Source of the DNA: Macrostomum lignano
Lineage: Eukaryota
Reading direction: 5' to 3'
NCBI GenBank assembly: GCA_002269645.1
Contig: NIVC01000915.1
Location: 1-64,000, forward strand
Length of the DNA stretch: 64,000 nucleotides
In this document: positions 1-11,500 of the stretch, piece after piece
How the letters are laid out: each line of letters begins with the position of its first letter
Position numbering within the stretch: position 1 is the stretch's first letter
Made by a program: the position numbers and the translations under genes
Notes under the pieces: model-generated
The model's database searches: none
Told to the model about the DNA's origin: nothing
The model's input: only the letters and a program-made list of their open reading frames with translations

Positions 1-59
1 CAATCCGAAGTCATGGCCATAAATCAATGTTAAAAGCAGCTGTACAAAGCTAAAGCTAG

Positions 60-675
60 CGATCCTTAAAAAGATCAACGTGCTCTGGAAACCAGGCCAC
101 AACAACATCCTTGGCAGTGAGCTGTTGGATCAACTCGCCAAACGAGGCAGCATCCCGGGTAGAGCGCACCCGTCGATCAAGCTGCCTGCCCCGAAATCAT
201 CCGTCAACTGCGCCACTCACAAATTTTTAGGACATCAACACCAGCTGCACTGCTCGGAATAATGGCAAACACGAACGGCAATGCCTGCCATAAACACCTA
301 ATCTCCTAGAGTAAACTGACCTCAGGAAGATGTCCATGGCCATCACTGACCTTGGCTTCTTCCAGAGACATATTTAAGAAAAGAGAAAAAACTGCTCTCC
401 CATTTAACCCAGAACTGCGCGCACCACGTCACCTTCTGCCCGCACTTCAACGAAGCGCGGAGACACCATCTCGAATGCCCGCTAAGGCTGGACGAGCTGA
501 CCACCCTGGACAGCCTGGACCGGATCCGTGACCTGTGCGCATTCGTCCGGGACACCGGCCGGATGAAGATTACAGACGCCGGTGGGCGCAGCCCGAGGCT
601 AGCGTCTTTAATTCTGTGTTAGCTTGGGGTTGCGATTGGTGCCTGTGCCCTTCGTCAGTAGTAATTAAGTAGTAC
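60..675 (+). mobile_element. Degenerate 3' fragment of an RNase H-containing non-LTR retrotransposon, related to the element at 32663-37571
   Basis: WKPGHNNILGSELLDQLAKRG matches [21 protein letters not shown] in the RNase H of the 34677-37478 ORF. The downstream CCHC region is frameshifted. The 3' end (gcctgtgcccttcgtcagtagtaatt) resembles gcctgcgccccccgtcagtagtaagt at ~37535-37560. Confidence 0.85.
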
Positions 676-1590
676 CTACGAGTTAAGTAATTAAGTAGGG
701 CAATGGAGTTATCAAAATCTATCGTCCCAAGAAAAGGGCTCAAACTTCAGAGCTTGAGGAGGTACTGAAGTAAATTAGGCGCATGGTCAAAAAGACATTG
801 ACACGCAAAGAAATAATGATAATGTTTCTCGTTGCCAGGAAGATATCTTTATAGATTTTAAGAGTTGATGGCTCCATCAGACTAATCGATTGCATTGAAA
901 AATTATCTTGTACTTGCTGATATCTGCTCAGTCATCTTGGAATGAATAGTTACTCTCAATGTCTCAATTTGGCGACAAAGCCACTGAAACTGTCTCAACG
1001 CTAAAATTGATTGAATTGGCTCTCGAGGTTCAAGGAAGGCACTCGATATTTCCTGCTTGGCGGTCAAAGGTTGCAGACGCTGTCCTTCACCCGTCTGTCA
1101 GTAGTCACCCGTTCGGAACCCCCTTCTTTTATGTCCGTCTGCCTCTTGACATCTTTGAGGGCAACTCCCAATTTTACAGTAGATTATCCTGTATAAAATT
1201 CCCTAAAATTCGACCCCAGCATACGTGTACAAGCCACGCCAGCTACATTTTCTTCTCGTGTGAACTCGAAAATTGAATCAGCTGTTACAACATGGATTTA
1301 GTCAGCTTGTAGAGTCGTGATAAAATCATGCAGCTCTCGGTAAAACCCTGGGCTATACTGCCTGGCGAAGGAAGCTCCTGATATCTCCACAGCCTCTAGT
1401 CAGAGAGAGTGAAATTAGTGGTCGAAAAAGCAAAAATTAAGTATAAATTACAATTAATAACAATTTTTTGTTCTATAAAATTCAAAGCTAAACCGTATTC
1501 AAATAGTCGATGAGAACTGGGAGTCTTAATTTTAATTGTTTGTTAATTTAGCCCAAGCGCATGTTCACAAAAAATTTCTACAGTTACATC

Positions 1591-1903
1591 GGGGTTGTAG
1601 CCTAGTGAGGGGTTTTAGTCTAGTTTTTGGAGCGTTGGACTCACGACTGAAAGGTCGGGGGTTCGATTCTCGACCCACTCGGAAAAATTTGTGTCCTTGA
1701 GCAAGACGCTGAACTCTGTATTGCTTCAGTTCACCCAGCTGTAAAATGGGCACCAGAACTCGCTGGGGTAGTTTAGGGTGTGTGTGGCGACCCCCAATTC
1801 CTAAACTGAACAGCCGTAAGCAGCCTTCAGCTGCGGCTGAGCTGTCGGTTGCACATCTGCCCTTTGGAGCAGGTGTAACCAATTATTTATTATTATTATT
1901 ATT
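1591..1903 (+). mobile_element. tRNA-derived SINE with CORE/Meta-like central domain and (ATT)n tail
   Basis: A-box-like tagcctagtg and B-box ggttcgattc. The central gtccttgagcaagac...ctgtaaaatggg resembles the CORE-type SINE domain. The tail is ttattattattatt. The 3' half recurs at 52731-52868. Confidence 0.75.
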
Positions 1904-2731
1904 GCATCGTGGAATGCGTGAACTGTCTGAAGAGCGTGTACTTAAAGGCTGGCATAGCGTCTCATATTAAAAAGGGTTCAACAAAATATTGTCAACCATG
2001 AACTCCCAAGTGAGAACAATAGCGGTGCATTTTACGTTGAAATCAGTCGTTATCAGTTGCGTGTCAGAGTGACAGAGCCAATCGTGTTATCTTATCACCT
2101 TGTCACCTTGAGCTGAGCTGAGCGACAGTCAATGATTTCTTAAATGTCATTGACTTCGAGAACCTCGGGTTGACAACAGCAAATGGCCTGTGAATATGTC
2201 GGTTTAACTCACTGAATCGATTTCGTAAACATTGACTGACTAGAAAAAATACGAGAAAAATTATCAACTCTTTTCGTTTATCAAAGGTAGCTGAAAAGCT
2301 GATCCCAGTGGGTTTTAAAAATGTAACAAAAAACGTTTTTAAAAGATTTACCAACGATTTCCTTCTTTTCATGCTCCTCGATTTCACTTCTTGCAATAAT
2401 GCGAGCTCGTGCATGAAGCAGAAACAAATTGAGTTTTGAGAGCACAGTCAATAATTCTCATCGATCAATATACTCTGCTGCGATCAATCTAGTCTTAAAG
2501 GCTTTTATTGAAAATCCATGAGTTTAAATTTTTAATTGCTCTGAAATTCCTTGTGCAGATCGAGCTTGCACGACGGAAGAAATTGAAACCAAACGTTGCC
2601 AATCGATTGCACTGATTAAGGCCTCACGCTTCATTGGTTGCCGAGGGCATGGGCGTGGCTTCCCGATTTGATACTTAAGTCATAAGAAAAATCCTGCTAA
2701 GTATCCGCCCTTCGTAGCAGAGACAGTAAGT

Positions 2732-5556
2732 ATGACTTCACTGACAGCAGCTGCAATTGCTTATACTCTAGTTCTTGGACTTGCATCTCAAACTGTCACG
2801 TACCTTCCCGGACAGCAACTGTGCATCGCAAGCGGAATAATTAATTTAGCCGTATTAGAGAGCACACAGTTCTACTGCGACACACCTGGAGCGAAGCTCA
2901 CAGAATCTATCTTTCTACGCAATCTGGCACCGCACTACGCTGCTAAACACATCAATGCAAAATGGATCAGTCGCAATCTCCGCCTCGGTCTGCTCCATCT
3001 TGATCCGTGCTACCTGGACCGTCGTCTGGTGGACATGCTGAAGCGGATTAGGCCGGCATGGACACACCCGACCGGCCTTGATGCGGCTGCCGGATTCTGC
3101 GACCAGGTAGTGTCCAGCCTCGGAGAAAAGTTCTACTTCGTTCATGCCGTCGTGTCGGGCTGGCGTAGCAGCGAGACGCAGCTGGTGTCCCGTCAGCTGT
3201 CTCTCTACTCCATGCCGCAGGTCGGAAACGAGTGCAGCAGCGATGCTCTGTCGGACAAGACGCTCTACCCCAACGTATTCCGTCAAGTAGCTCCCGACAG
3301 CTACCAGGCCAAGGCAGTCGTAGACCTCGTGCAGTACTTCAACTGGACCATGGTAGGAATCGTGCACAGAGACGATGTGTACGGTAGAGGACTGCTCCAG
3401 AACACGCGTCTACTGCTTCAGCAAAGTAGCAAATTCGGTCAGACAGTGTGCGTGGCTTTCACTTTACCTATCAACATGTTTTTGACAAAGGAGGATGTCG
3501 ACACCCAGATGAGTCAGTACCCCTACCTGCGTGGCTTTCTTGTATTCGATACCTTTAGTAGCATTCCAGAATTCTTACTCCAAGCGATAAGTGGCAGAAA
3601 AGGAGTTATCATCACAACGGATGCGAATTCCGTTGCCTACAAACATTTCACCACGGGTGCCATCTATACCTCGTTTACAAAGTTCGCCACGCCCGACCTC
3701 ATCCACTTCTACCACTCGCTGAACGGATCTGAGGTCCTCGGCTATCCGTTCGGCGAACAACTGCTCCGACTTCTGTTCAACTGCACATTGGATAGCGCTG
3801 CATTGTGCTGCTCTGACGGCAGTTGCAGAGTCGGCTCAAAGTCGAGTCTATCAATCGACTCTGAGGTGGCTCCTGTCGCAAGACTTCTGGACTCAATCAA
3901 CATTCTGGTCTCGTGTATCGAGAGCGTCGCTCTGGTCGATTGCGCGACAAAGTGGCCGAATGTTACGGCTGTGAGTGCATGTGTCACAGGCCCGAAGGTG
4001 ATGAAGCTGCTTGCGAACTCCAGCTTCCCTTTCATGCGAACCGGAAACGTGAGCTTCGACTTGAACGGTGACGGATCGCCGGCCTACGAGATTCGTCAGG
4101 AGCAGCCAGACGGTCAGCTGGTGAAGGTCGGAACGTGGACGGAGTCAGCCGGTCTTACGTTGAGCGACCTCACACCTATTCGATGGTGGCAGAACTCGAG
4201 CTCCGATCAGCATGCAGCTCAGTCGGAACTGCCAAAGTCATTCTGCAGTGCTCCGTGCAGTGCTGGCGAGATCAAGTTGGAGACAGATGCTTGCTGCTTC
4301 ACGTGCAAGCCGTGCTTCAAGCAGGAGATCGTGTCCGATGATGGCAAGTCGTGTCTGTCGTGTTCGGAGTTTCACTGGCCCAGTCAAGACCGGCTGAGCT
4401 GCGAGTCGATACCGGTGTACGCGTGGAGAGACGGACTGCAGTTTCCTGTGCTGCTGGCATGTCTCGCTCTACTCACGATCTTCCTGGTCGTCGTGCTCGC
4501 TCTGTTCATCAACCGTCGACACCACAAGCTCATCAAGGCCTCGTCGATACACTTGTCCGTCACGTGCATGTGTGGGAACCTTCTCGGTCTAGCGTGTCTC
4601 GGTCTGTTCGTTGTAGACAGCTCGCACGTAATGTGCAATGCTTTGAACTGCGCATTCCAGCTCAGCCTGACTGCTTGCTACGCGAGTCAGTTGGTGAAGA
4701 CCCTTCGCGTCCATCTGATCTTCTCTGCATCGAGAGTGGGTCGTCCGGTACCTTGGCTCGCGCAACAGAAGCCGATGCTGATGATGCTGGCCGCAGTCAT
4801 TTTCGGAATGGTGAGGAAATTCTGTAGGACAAATGCATGAGATGCTGTAGGACAAATTCAGGACATGCTTTAAAGACAAATTCAGGACATGCTGTTGGAC
4901 AAATTCAGGACATGCTTTAAAGACAAATGCAGGATATTCTGTAGGACAAATTCAGGACATGCTGTAGGACAAATGCAGGACATGCTGTAGGACAAACGCA
5001 GGACATGCTGTAGGACAAATGTGTAGCTACGAGCATATGACACGCACCAGCAAATGAGATTAGAACCCATCCATGCGGCGCATTGCAGTGCCTGCTGCTT
5101 AGTGGAGTGACCGTGTTCCGACCACTGAGCTCGGAGCTCAAACAGCTTGTGACCGATCCTTCGGTCCGACCAGTCGTGGAGAAGAACTGCGCGATCGCGA
5201 CCACGGCGTTCTGGGCTCCGCTGTGCTGCAACCTGCTGATCCTGACTGTCACGTGCGGCCTGTCGCTGAAGACCCGATCGCTTCCGGACAACTTTCACGA
5301 CACCAAGTGCATCCTGGCTTGCGGAGTGTCCGGCCTCTTCTTGTGGTCGGCGTTCGTTCCGTCCGCTCTTTCGGCCAGCTCTCTGACTACCGCAATGTTG
5401 CTGCTTGCGTTCTCGTCCAGCCTCACGCACGCGCTGCTGCTGTCGATCCTGTTCGCTCCGAAGCTGTACGCAGTGTACGCGAGGCCCGAGGCAGAGAACA
5501 ACATCCAGTTCTACACCAATAACCCTGCTACTACCGTTATGGCATCAAGGTCTTAG
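2732..5556 (+). CDS. Class C (mGluR/CaSR-like) GPCR, copy 1; exons 2732-4810 and 5089-5556
   Basis: Signal peptide, then a Venus flytrap domain (PQV...LSDKTLYPNVFRQVAPDSYQAKAVVDLVQYFNW), a nine-Cys domain (SFCSAPC...CCFTCKPC...CLSC...HWPSQDRLSC) and a 7TM region (KTRSLPDNFHDTKCI). The phase-0 GT..AG intron 4811-5088 joins both ORFs in frame. Confidence 0.92.
4817..5020. repeat. Intronic minisatellite, ~23-bp unit (ggacatgctgtaggacaaatgca and variants)
   Basis: Tandem copies fill the GPCR copy-1 intron. Confidence 0.9.
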
Positions 5557-6818
5557 TGACTCTTAGTGACTAGGGACCTTTGACTCATTGCAACTAAATG
5601 CAGAGTTTTGAGCATTGATTTCGTTTGGTATGCACAATAGCGTGTTTTTCGTTTAATCGATTTTTTTGAATTCTGAAGTGTATGCTGTTTGGTTAAACGC
5701 CCCTAATTGTGATATTTTATCCAGCATGCAAACTTATTCTGAGTTATTCAAAGTTGTTCAACCGACGCTACACTTTAGCCTTGTGTAATTTTTAAACCTG
5801 CACACAAAGTCACAGTTTCCTATGATTTAGTTTAAAGAGTTTCGTCGTCTACACTTTTTTAACTTCACTAGGAAGCTTAAAAACTTAATAATTGTCATAG
5901 CATTGCGACGCCTTTGCTCTTGAACAAATTTATCAGAGCTGGACAGATCCGCTTTAATTGCAATACCTGCACCGCGACTTGGAAGAGCGGAAGACTGGAA
6001 GATGGAAGACTGGAAGAACGGGAGACTGGAAGACCAGAAGGAAGATCAAAAGACTGGAGAACCGTACGACTGGAAGAATCGATGACAGGAAGACCGGGTG
6101 ACTAGCCAGGAAGACCTGATTGCAGTAAAAGCTTTATAATTTTTTCTTTATTTATATAAATATGATTATAAAGTTTACGAGCGTAAAATCATTTTCTTTA
6201 CATTAGTGCATAATAGCTGACAGCCAACAGCAGAAAGCATGCCAGAGGTTAAAAATGAGTATGTTGGATTTACTCAAGCAGAACACAACAGGTCACGGAG
6301 TCAGTTAACAGTCTGCTCAGATTTATACAGGCATTCAAGCAAATGTTTGTCGATTCACCTTGCTGACTTATCTCGCCTGCGGCACAATCAGGGTCACAGA
6401 ATACACACAGAATGGCGAATCCCGCATTTTCAGAAAATTTCTTGCACAAGAATGATATTCTATTCTGGCTACTTTTGTTGTGAAAAAAGACTAAGTAGGC
6501 TGAATGGCACTTTACCAATTCTTTGCCATTTATTGCGGGTTTGTCCCACAGAATATAGGAACGCATCGGACAACTGTTCTATTTTTAGAAACTACCTTAA
6601 GGCTGGCCCTGGCTTCTGCTGCCTCTGCGCTCTAAGTTAGTGCCATAGACAGCATGCCTTGGGTATTCTAGCACGAGCTTGTGGCATGAAAGCATGCAGG
6701 TCAAATGCATTTTTGATCGCGCTAGACTGCATTTGTTGTATTGCATTCTTAATGGCACAAGCTAGTGCTGCTGAAGCTAGGTTTGGCTACAAAAGTGCTA
6801 ATACCGAAGGCATATCTG

Positions 6819-7347
6819 GGGCCGATTTCACAAAGAAACTACAAGTGACAAGTGACAAGTCGACAAATGACAAGTGACAAGTGACAAGTGTCAACGATTT
6901 TGGTTTCATAAACATGGGTCCTTGCTCGTGTTAAAAATAACTCAATTTTATGTCTATGGTTGAGATACCATATGAAATCGATCCAGCCTTTAGACCACAT
7001 GCCACAATTTTAGGATCTGAGTTTTAGACAGACTTGCTTTCAAGACGGCCTCTGCGTTCTTTTCGGGCTTGAATACACAGCTTTAATAAAGCTACAAGTG
7101 TCACAGCGACTTGTCAAAAACACAAGACAAGAGGAAGTATTTTCTCACAGAAGCATCCAGCTTAGTGCATGTCTATGGACGAAACCCCCGAAGGAGCGCT
7201 TGTAATTTGTCAAATTTCGCTTGTCACTTGTCACTTGTAACTTGTCGATTCGTCAAGTTGCAGCTTGTTTTTATGAAACGCATTATTTTGAGGAATTGTC
7301 ACTTGTCACTTGTAATTTGTCCGACAAGTGCTTTATGAAATAGGCCC
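6819..7347. mobile_element. Non-autonomous PIF/Harbinger-type MITE
   Basis: TIRs gggccgatttcacaaag / ctttatgaaataggccc, 3-bp CTG target-site duplication (6816-6818, 7348-7350), and inverted subterminal acaagtg/cacttgt arrays. Confidence 0.85.
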
Positions 7348-7609
7348 CTGCTAGAGTTTGAATACGCAGCTTATTGTGATACTGTTTTGCATGACTACGT
7401 CTGCTTCGAGGCTTCAGTGTGCGCTGCGTACGGATGCCTCAACTACGCCGACAAGTGTCCGCCGGGCACTAGATTTCACCGGTTTGCAGCAGCCAGAGAG
7501 CATCCAAGGCTGCAGTGAGCCAAGAAGCTCCAGATCCAGTCCACCATTCAGAGCAACACTTGACTCAGATCTCACAGACACAGGTGATGAGCTCTTTGCT
7601 ACATCGGAT

Positions 7610-7810
7610 GACTTAGATCACGAGAAGTACGCATATGTCGGCGGTTGGTTGCTGTTCCGCTTCTTTGAAACCGAGTGCAAGTGTGAGGTGTGCCAGCAAG
7701 AACTGAAGGAAGCAATTTGATCGGACACGCTTCCTGCGACTGAAGTGTAAGTGCAATGACAGCTTAGTCATTCCAAGCCGAGCAGTTATCATGATGTGTT
7801 CCTTACTACC
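7610..7810 (+). mobile_element. Possible degenerate P-element/THAP9-like transposase C-terminal fragment
   Basis: YAYVGGWLL...CKCEVCQQEL followed, after a stop, by SLVIPSRAVIMMC. This resembles the YIAGY..C..C..GGL..PS pattern recalled for P-type transposases. Confidence 0.4.
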
Positions 7811-9539
7811 AAGACCCTCTCAGTAATCAAGGAACAATTACTTCTAGCTACTTTGCTAGGCAACCCAGTTATCAAATGAAGGTATATGTTACCTTGAGTC
7901 CGGTTTGAGAGATCTCCTTGTAGTTCTCGTCCAATGAGTTGTTCTCGCAATCTGTTGCGTTCCTTTCCTTCAGGAAGTGTAGACGTCTAGAATCGGTCGA
8001 TCTGGTCCTGTATCTTCTTTTACTTCCGATGAATTTGTTTCCGGCCGGTATCTGCAGTCAGGACCAATCAGAGGCCTCGTGCCAACAATGGGTACCCTGC
8101 GCCGATCTGCGGTTTCACTTAAGCCTTCTCCTTCTAGTAGTGCCTCAATGTACTCTAGGTATTGCTCCGGTAATCTCTAATAGATCCTCTAAGATTTAAA
8201 TCCTCTAAATCTTAATCTAGATCCTCTAAATCTAAGATCTAGATCCTCTAATAGATCCTTAAGTCTCAACAGACTCTAACACTATCACAATGGTGAGTCG
8301 ACTCAAACCACGGGCGCAAATGAGCAAGGCTTACCGCAACAACTCGACCGAGTCTCGATTGACTTGGTGATCAGGAAGTCCTCCTAAGGCTTCCTCTTCG
8401 GGGCTTCTCCTATCGTCGGGAGTTGGCTCCGGGTCCGCTTCGGACCACTTGTATTTATAGGCAAATGGACCTCTCTCGTCCATCACCTTTTTCGTAAATG
8501 TCAAAGGGTCACACTTTGGTTGCTGTTAAGTATGAGAGGGTAGAAAGTTAAGCAACTAGTCTAGTGTAAGCGCGCATGATTGTTACCGTAGCTGAGCTAT
8601 TTTTAGATACCTTTGATTGATTCATCCGGGTGTAAGCCGAATGATGAATCGTAGGTGGGGTTTGAACTGACAAATATAGGTCACACGTGATTGGTTGGTT
8701 GCTAAAAATAATATGTCTGATTTTTCGCTCTTCTGATTGGTTGATTAAAATATATATGTGATTCAACGCTTATTCTTATACATGCTACTTGTCTTACTAC
8801 TATGTAAGTAGTACGTTAACAATTTTATCACTTTTTGAGGGAGGTAGAACACTCTACAATCAGAGCTGTCACTGAGATGGAACGCCAATTCAAATTGCTG
8901 GAAGTGACAAAGTTCATGCCTGCTGGTGTGTCACACAGAATCAGCAAATTATTGGCCGATTGCAACATATTGCGACTCATTGCGCTGAGCACTCAGAGAG
9001 ATGCGTGATGGGCATTGCGAGGCTGTTTTCGAAGCTGCGCTTACACCATTGCTGCAATGGGCGCAGGATTGCGGCTCAGGAGAGAAAGCACGGGCGAGCA
9101 TTTTGCAGTGAGCAATCAAGGAAGTTCAAGAGGATGAGTGTGATTGCATGAGATTTGCAATTTCTGTTGCGCCTGGCATTTCCTGCCTTGCGTGCAGGGC
9201 TAAAACTTAACCTGTTGTTATATGTTTGTTACTTTTATTTTTTAGCTTACATATATATGGCAATGAGGTTATAACACTGTTACTACTGCTCATGACTTTG
9301 CGCACGCACCATTATGAACAAATTAATTACAATGATAGCGCAGCATTCATCTGCAGCGTCAAAACGACGACTCAAAGCTTTCAAAGGCTATCTTGAGCTC
9401 GACTTTTACATTCAACTTCGCGTTAAAAAAATCGCAACTACTTATCAGCTTCACAACGTTAGTAGTGCAAGTGCATTTATTTTCGCTTTCATAGAGAACT
9501 GCCGAATCGCCATTCTGTGTATATTCTGTGATCAGGGTC

Positions 9540-11500
9540 AGCTAAATCCCATTTCGTCATTAGATGAAGCTTGCAGGGTTCTCAGGCAGCCAGTGTGGCT
9601 GTTGGAGAGAAACTGAAAGCGCAAAAACTGCTGTAATGAGTAAGAAAAAATCTAAAATACGAGCGTACGTGCTGAATCAAAAGATTTTGGAAGTTCGCAG
9701 TTTGGCTGATAGTTTCAGATGAGCCTAAGCAATCCAAATCAACGTGAAATCAGCTGTAGCTACTGTACAGCTTAGCATCCGTTCATATTTGCTAAATATG
9801 TATTTGACTCGTTTTAAATTTTGCTGATTAAAACTGTTTTCTGTCAAGACAGCGATGAGAAGCGCTCAGCACTGAGCCCATTTCTTTTCACATGAGCTGT
9901 TGCAATGGTTGACGAACTCACGCGGCAGGCATAATTTCTTGGTCCAAGAAAGTTTCCACCTAAGTAAACTCGGGGGACTCGTGTGTTTTGCAGAGTGAGG
10001 TCACCAGAGGCACCTCATAGCCGACCCAGGGCAGTATTCTCGGCTGACAGCGCCTGATGGAACTGTTCGCATCCGTGATCAGATTGTAAGGTCAACATCA
10101 AGCGCAAAGCTGGTGTAAATTGCCAGCCAACTTACAGGCCCCATCTGACGCCTTGCCAAATGGGAAGATCCGAATCTCGCCTGGAATCATCCGATACTCT
10201 GAGTTCAAACCCTGCTCTCTCTTTCTCTCTTCACTCCCGCCTGTCCTCGCCCGCGGGCAAGGGGGCAGGGGCTGTCCGTCCGCCAAGATCGTCAATGGGC
10301 GGGTCCGTGCGGCCCACATTGCGAAGGTAGCGGCAGATGAGGCTCGCGTCTCTGAAGATGTCGTCTATGTCGATGCAGCCACCTCCCCAGACCTGACTAC
10401 GAGCCGGTTGATAATCCGGGCAGTCGATGAGGAGGTGAACAGCGCTATCGGGTTTCCTCGCACACTGCACATTTATCATTCAGATCTAGGCCGAAGCGGT
10501 AGACCGAGTCTCTGGTGATTGCGCTATCTTCTCACAAGTGTGAGTGGATCCGGAACAATTGGAGCGGGTCGCCCCGCGACGCCACTCCACGGGAAGGGTG
10601 TTCTGATGTAGGCTTCACGCCCTGCTCCATCATCTCTTTCGCCAGCGGGTCAACGTGACGCCCGGTCGCCGCGGCTGGCCAACTCCATCAGCTGGTCGCA
10701 GCTATTGGTGCCCAGTAGAACTTTGGACAGTCAGAGTGCTTTTGCCCGCGAAACCAGCTAGTGGCGAGTACGTCAGATGTACTCGTACCGTCCTACAGTT
10801 GTTTATCTGGTTGCATGTGGAAATGTGTATTTTATTCTCATTTAAGTGTAATAAACTTTTGACACGAGTAGCTCGGCTCACGGCTCAACATAATGCACAT
10901 TGAATCGATAATGATTTTATGACTCAATTTTTATGCATCAGTATTGCGTTGAAAAATGACTTTATTCATGAATCTTGATGACTTATTGGCGTCTTCACGG
11001 ACATTGTCTTCAAGAATTCGAAGTCAACTGAGAAAAAGTGCATTATGGTGAATAAAGCTTGAATGCCTATTGACAGACTGGCGCGCGCCTTGCTGAATAC
11101 CGATGCGGTTCTGAAGAAAGCGGAGATCGCATGTAGTTAGTGACCGTCGTCTGCTTTGAACAGTTGATTTATGCGGCTTTGGATGGCGACCACTCACTGA
11201 GGCACTTATCCAGTGGTGGGCTGGGCCGCCTGGCTTGCCCTATCTTCCTCGTAGTGGAATGAAGCACCATCAAAATTGCTCTGGAGGAATTTGGGTCCGC
11301 GTTGCTGGTAGAAAATTTCGCTCATGATTTCGATCCTACAGGCCGAACGGAGAGTTACAAATAAATATGACATGGCAATAAGTAATTCGTGCTTTTCTTT
11401 ACGTCAGTTTGACTAACAAAATATAGTAATATGGAGACGATACTCACTCCATGCCCAGCTGGCCCTCGATGTCACTCCTCGAGCCTGAAAATCGAGCCTG
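9540..11500 (-). pseudogene. Pantothenate-kinase-like pseudogene, paralog of 19145-21065
   Basis: Exon remnants align with the intact copy: IEIMSEIFYQQRGPKF...G*VPQ*VVAIQSRINQLFKADDGH*L (~11080-11340, three in-frame stops), SEYRMIPGEIRIFPFGKASDGA (~10140-10210), RVYLGGNF with a frameshift (~9950-9990) and FLSNSHTGCLRTLQAS (~9540-9615). One exon is split by a LINE insertion. Confidence 0.88.
10218..10619 (-). mobile_element. 5'-truncated LINE 3' end inserted in an exon of the kinase pseudogene
   Basis: 8-bp TSD ccctgctc at 10210-10217 and 10620-10627. The minus strand encodes a C-terminal zinc-knuckle remnant (CAVCEE..DSAVHLLIDCPDY..AR) and ends in a GA-rich tail. Confidence 0.8.

Noticed and set aside
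1591-1680. tRNA gene
   Set aside because: A/B boxes are present but the cloverleaf is disrupted and continues into a SINE body and tail.
6239-6640. Possible THAP-domain remnant
   Set aside because: The C2CH and AVP signature is not recognisable, so any similarity is too weak.
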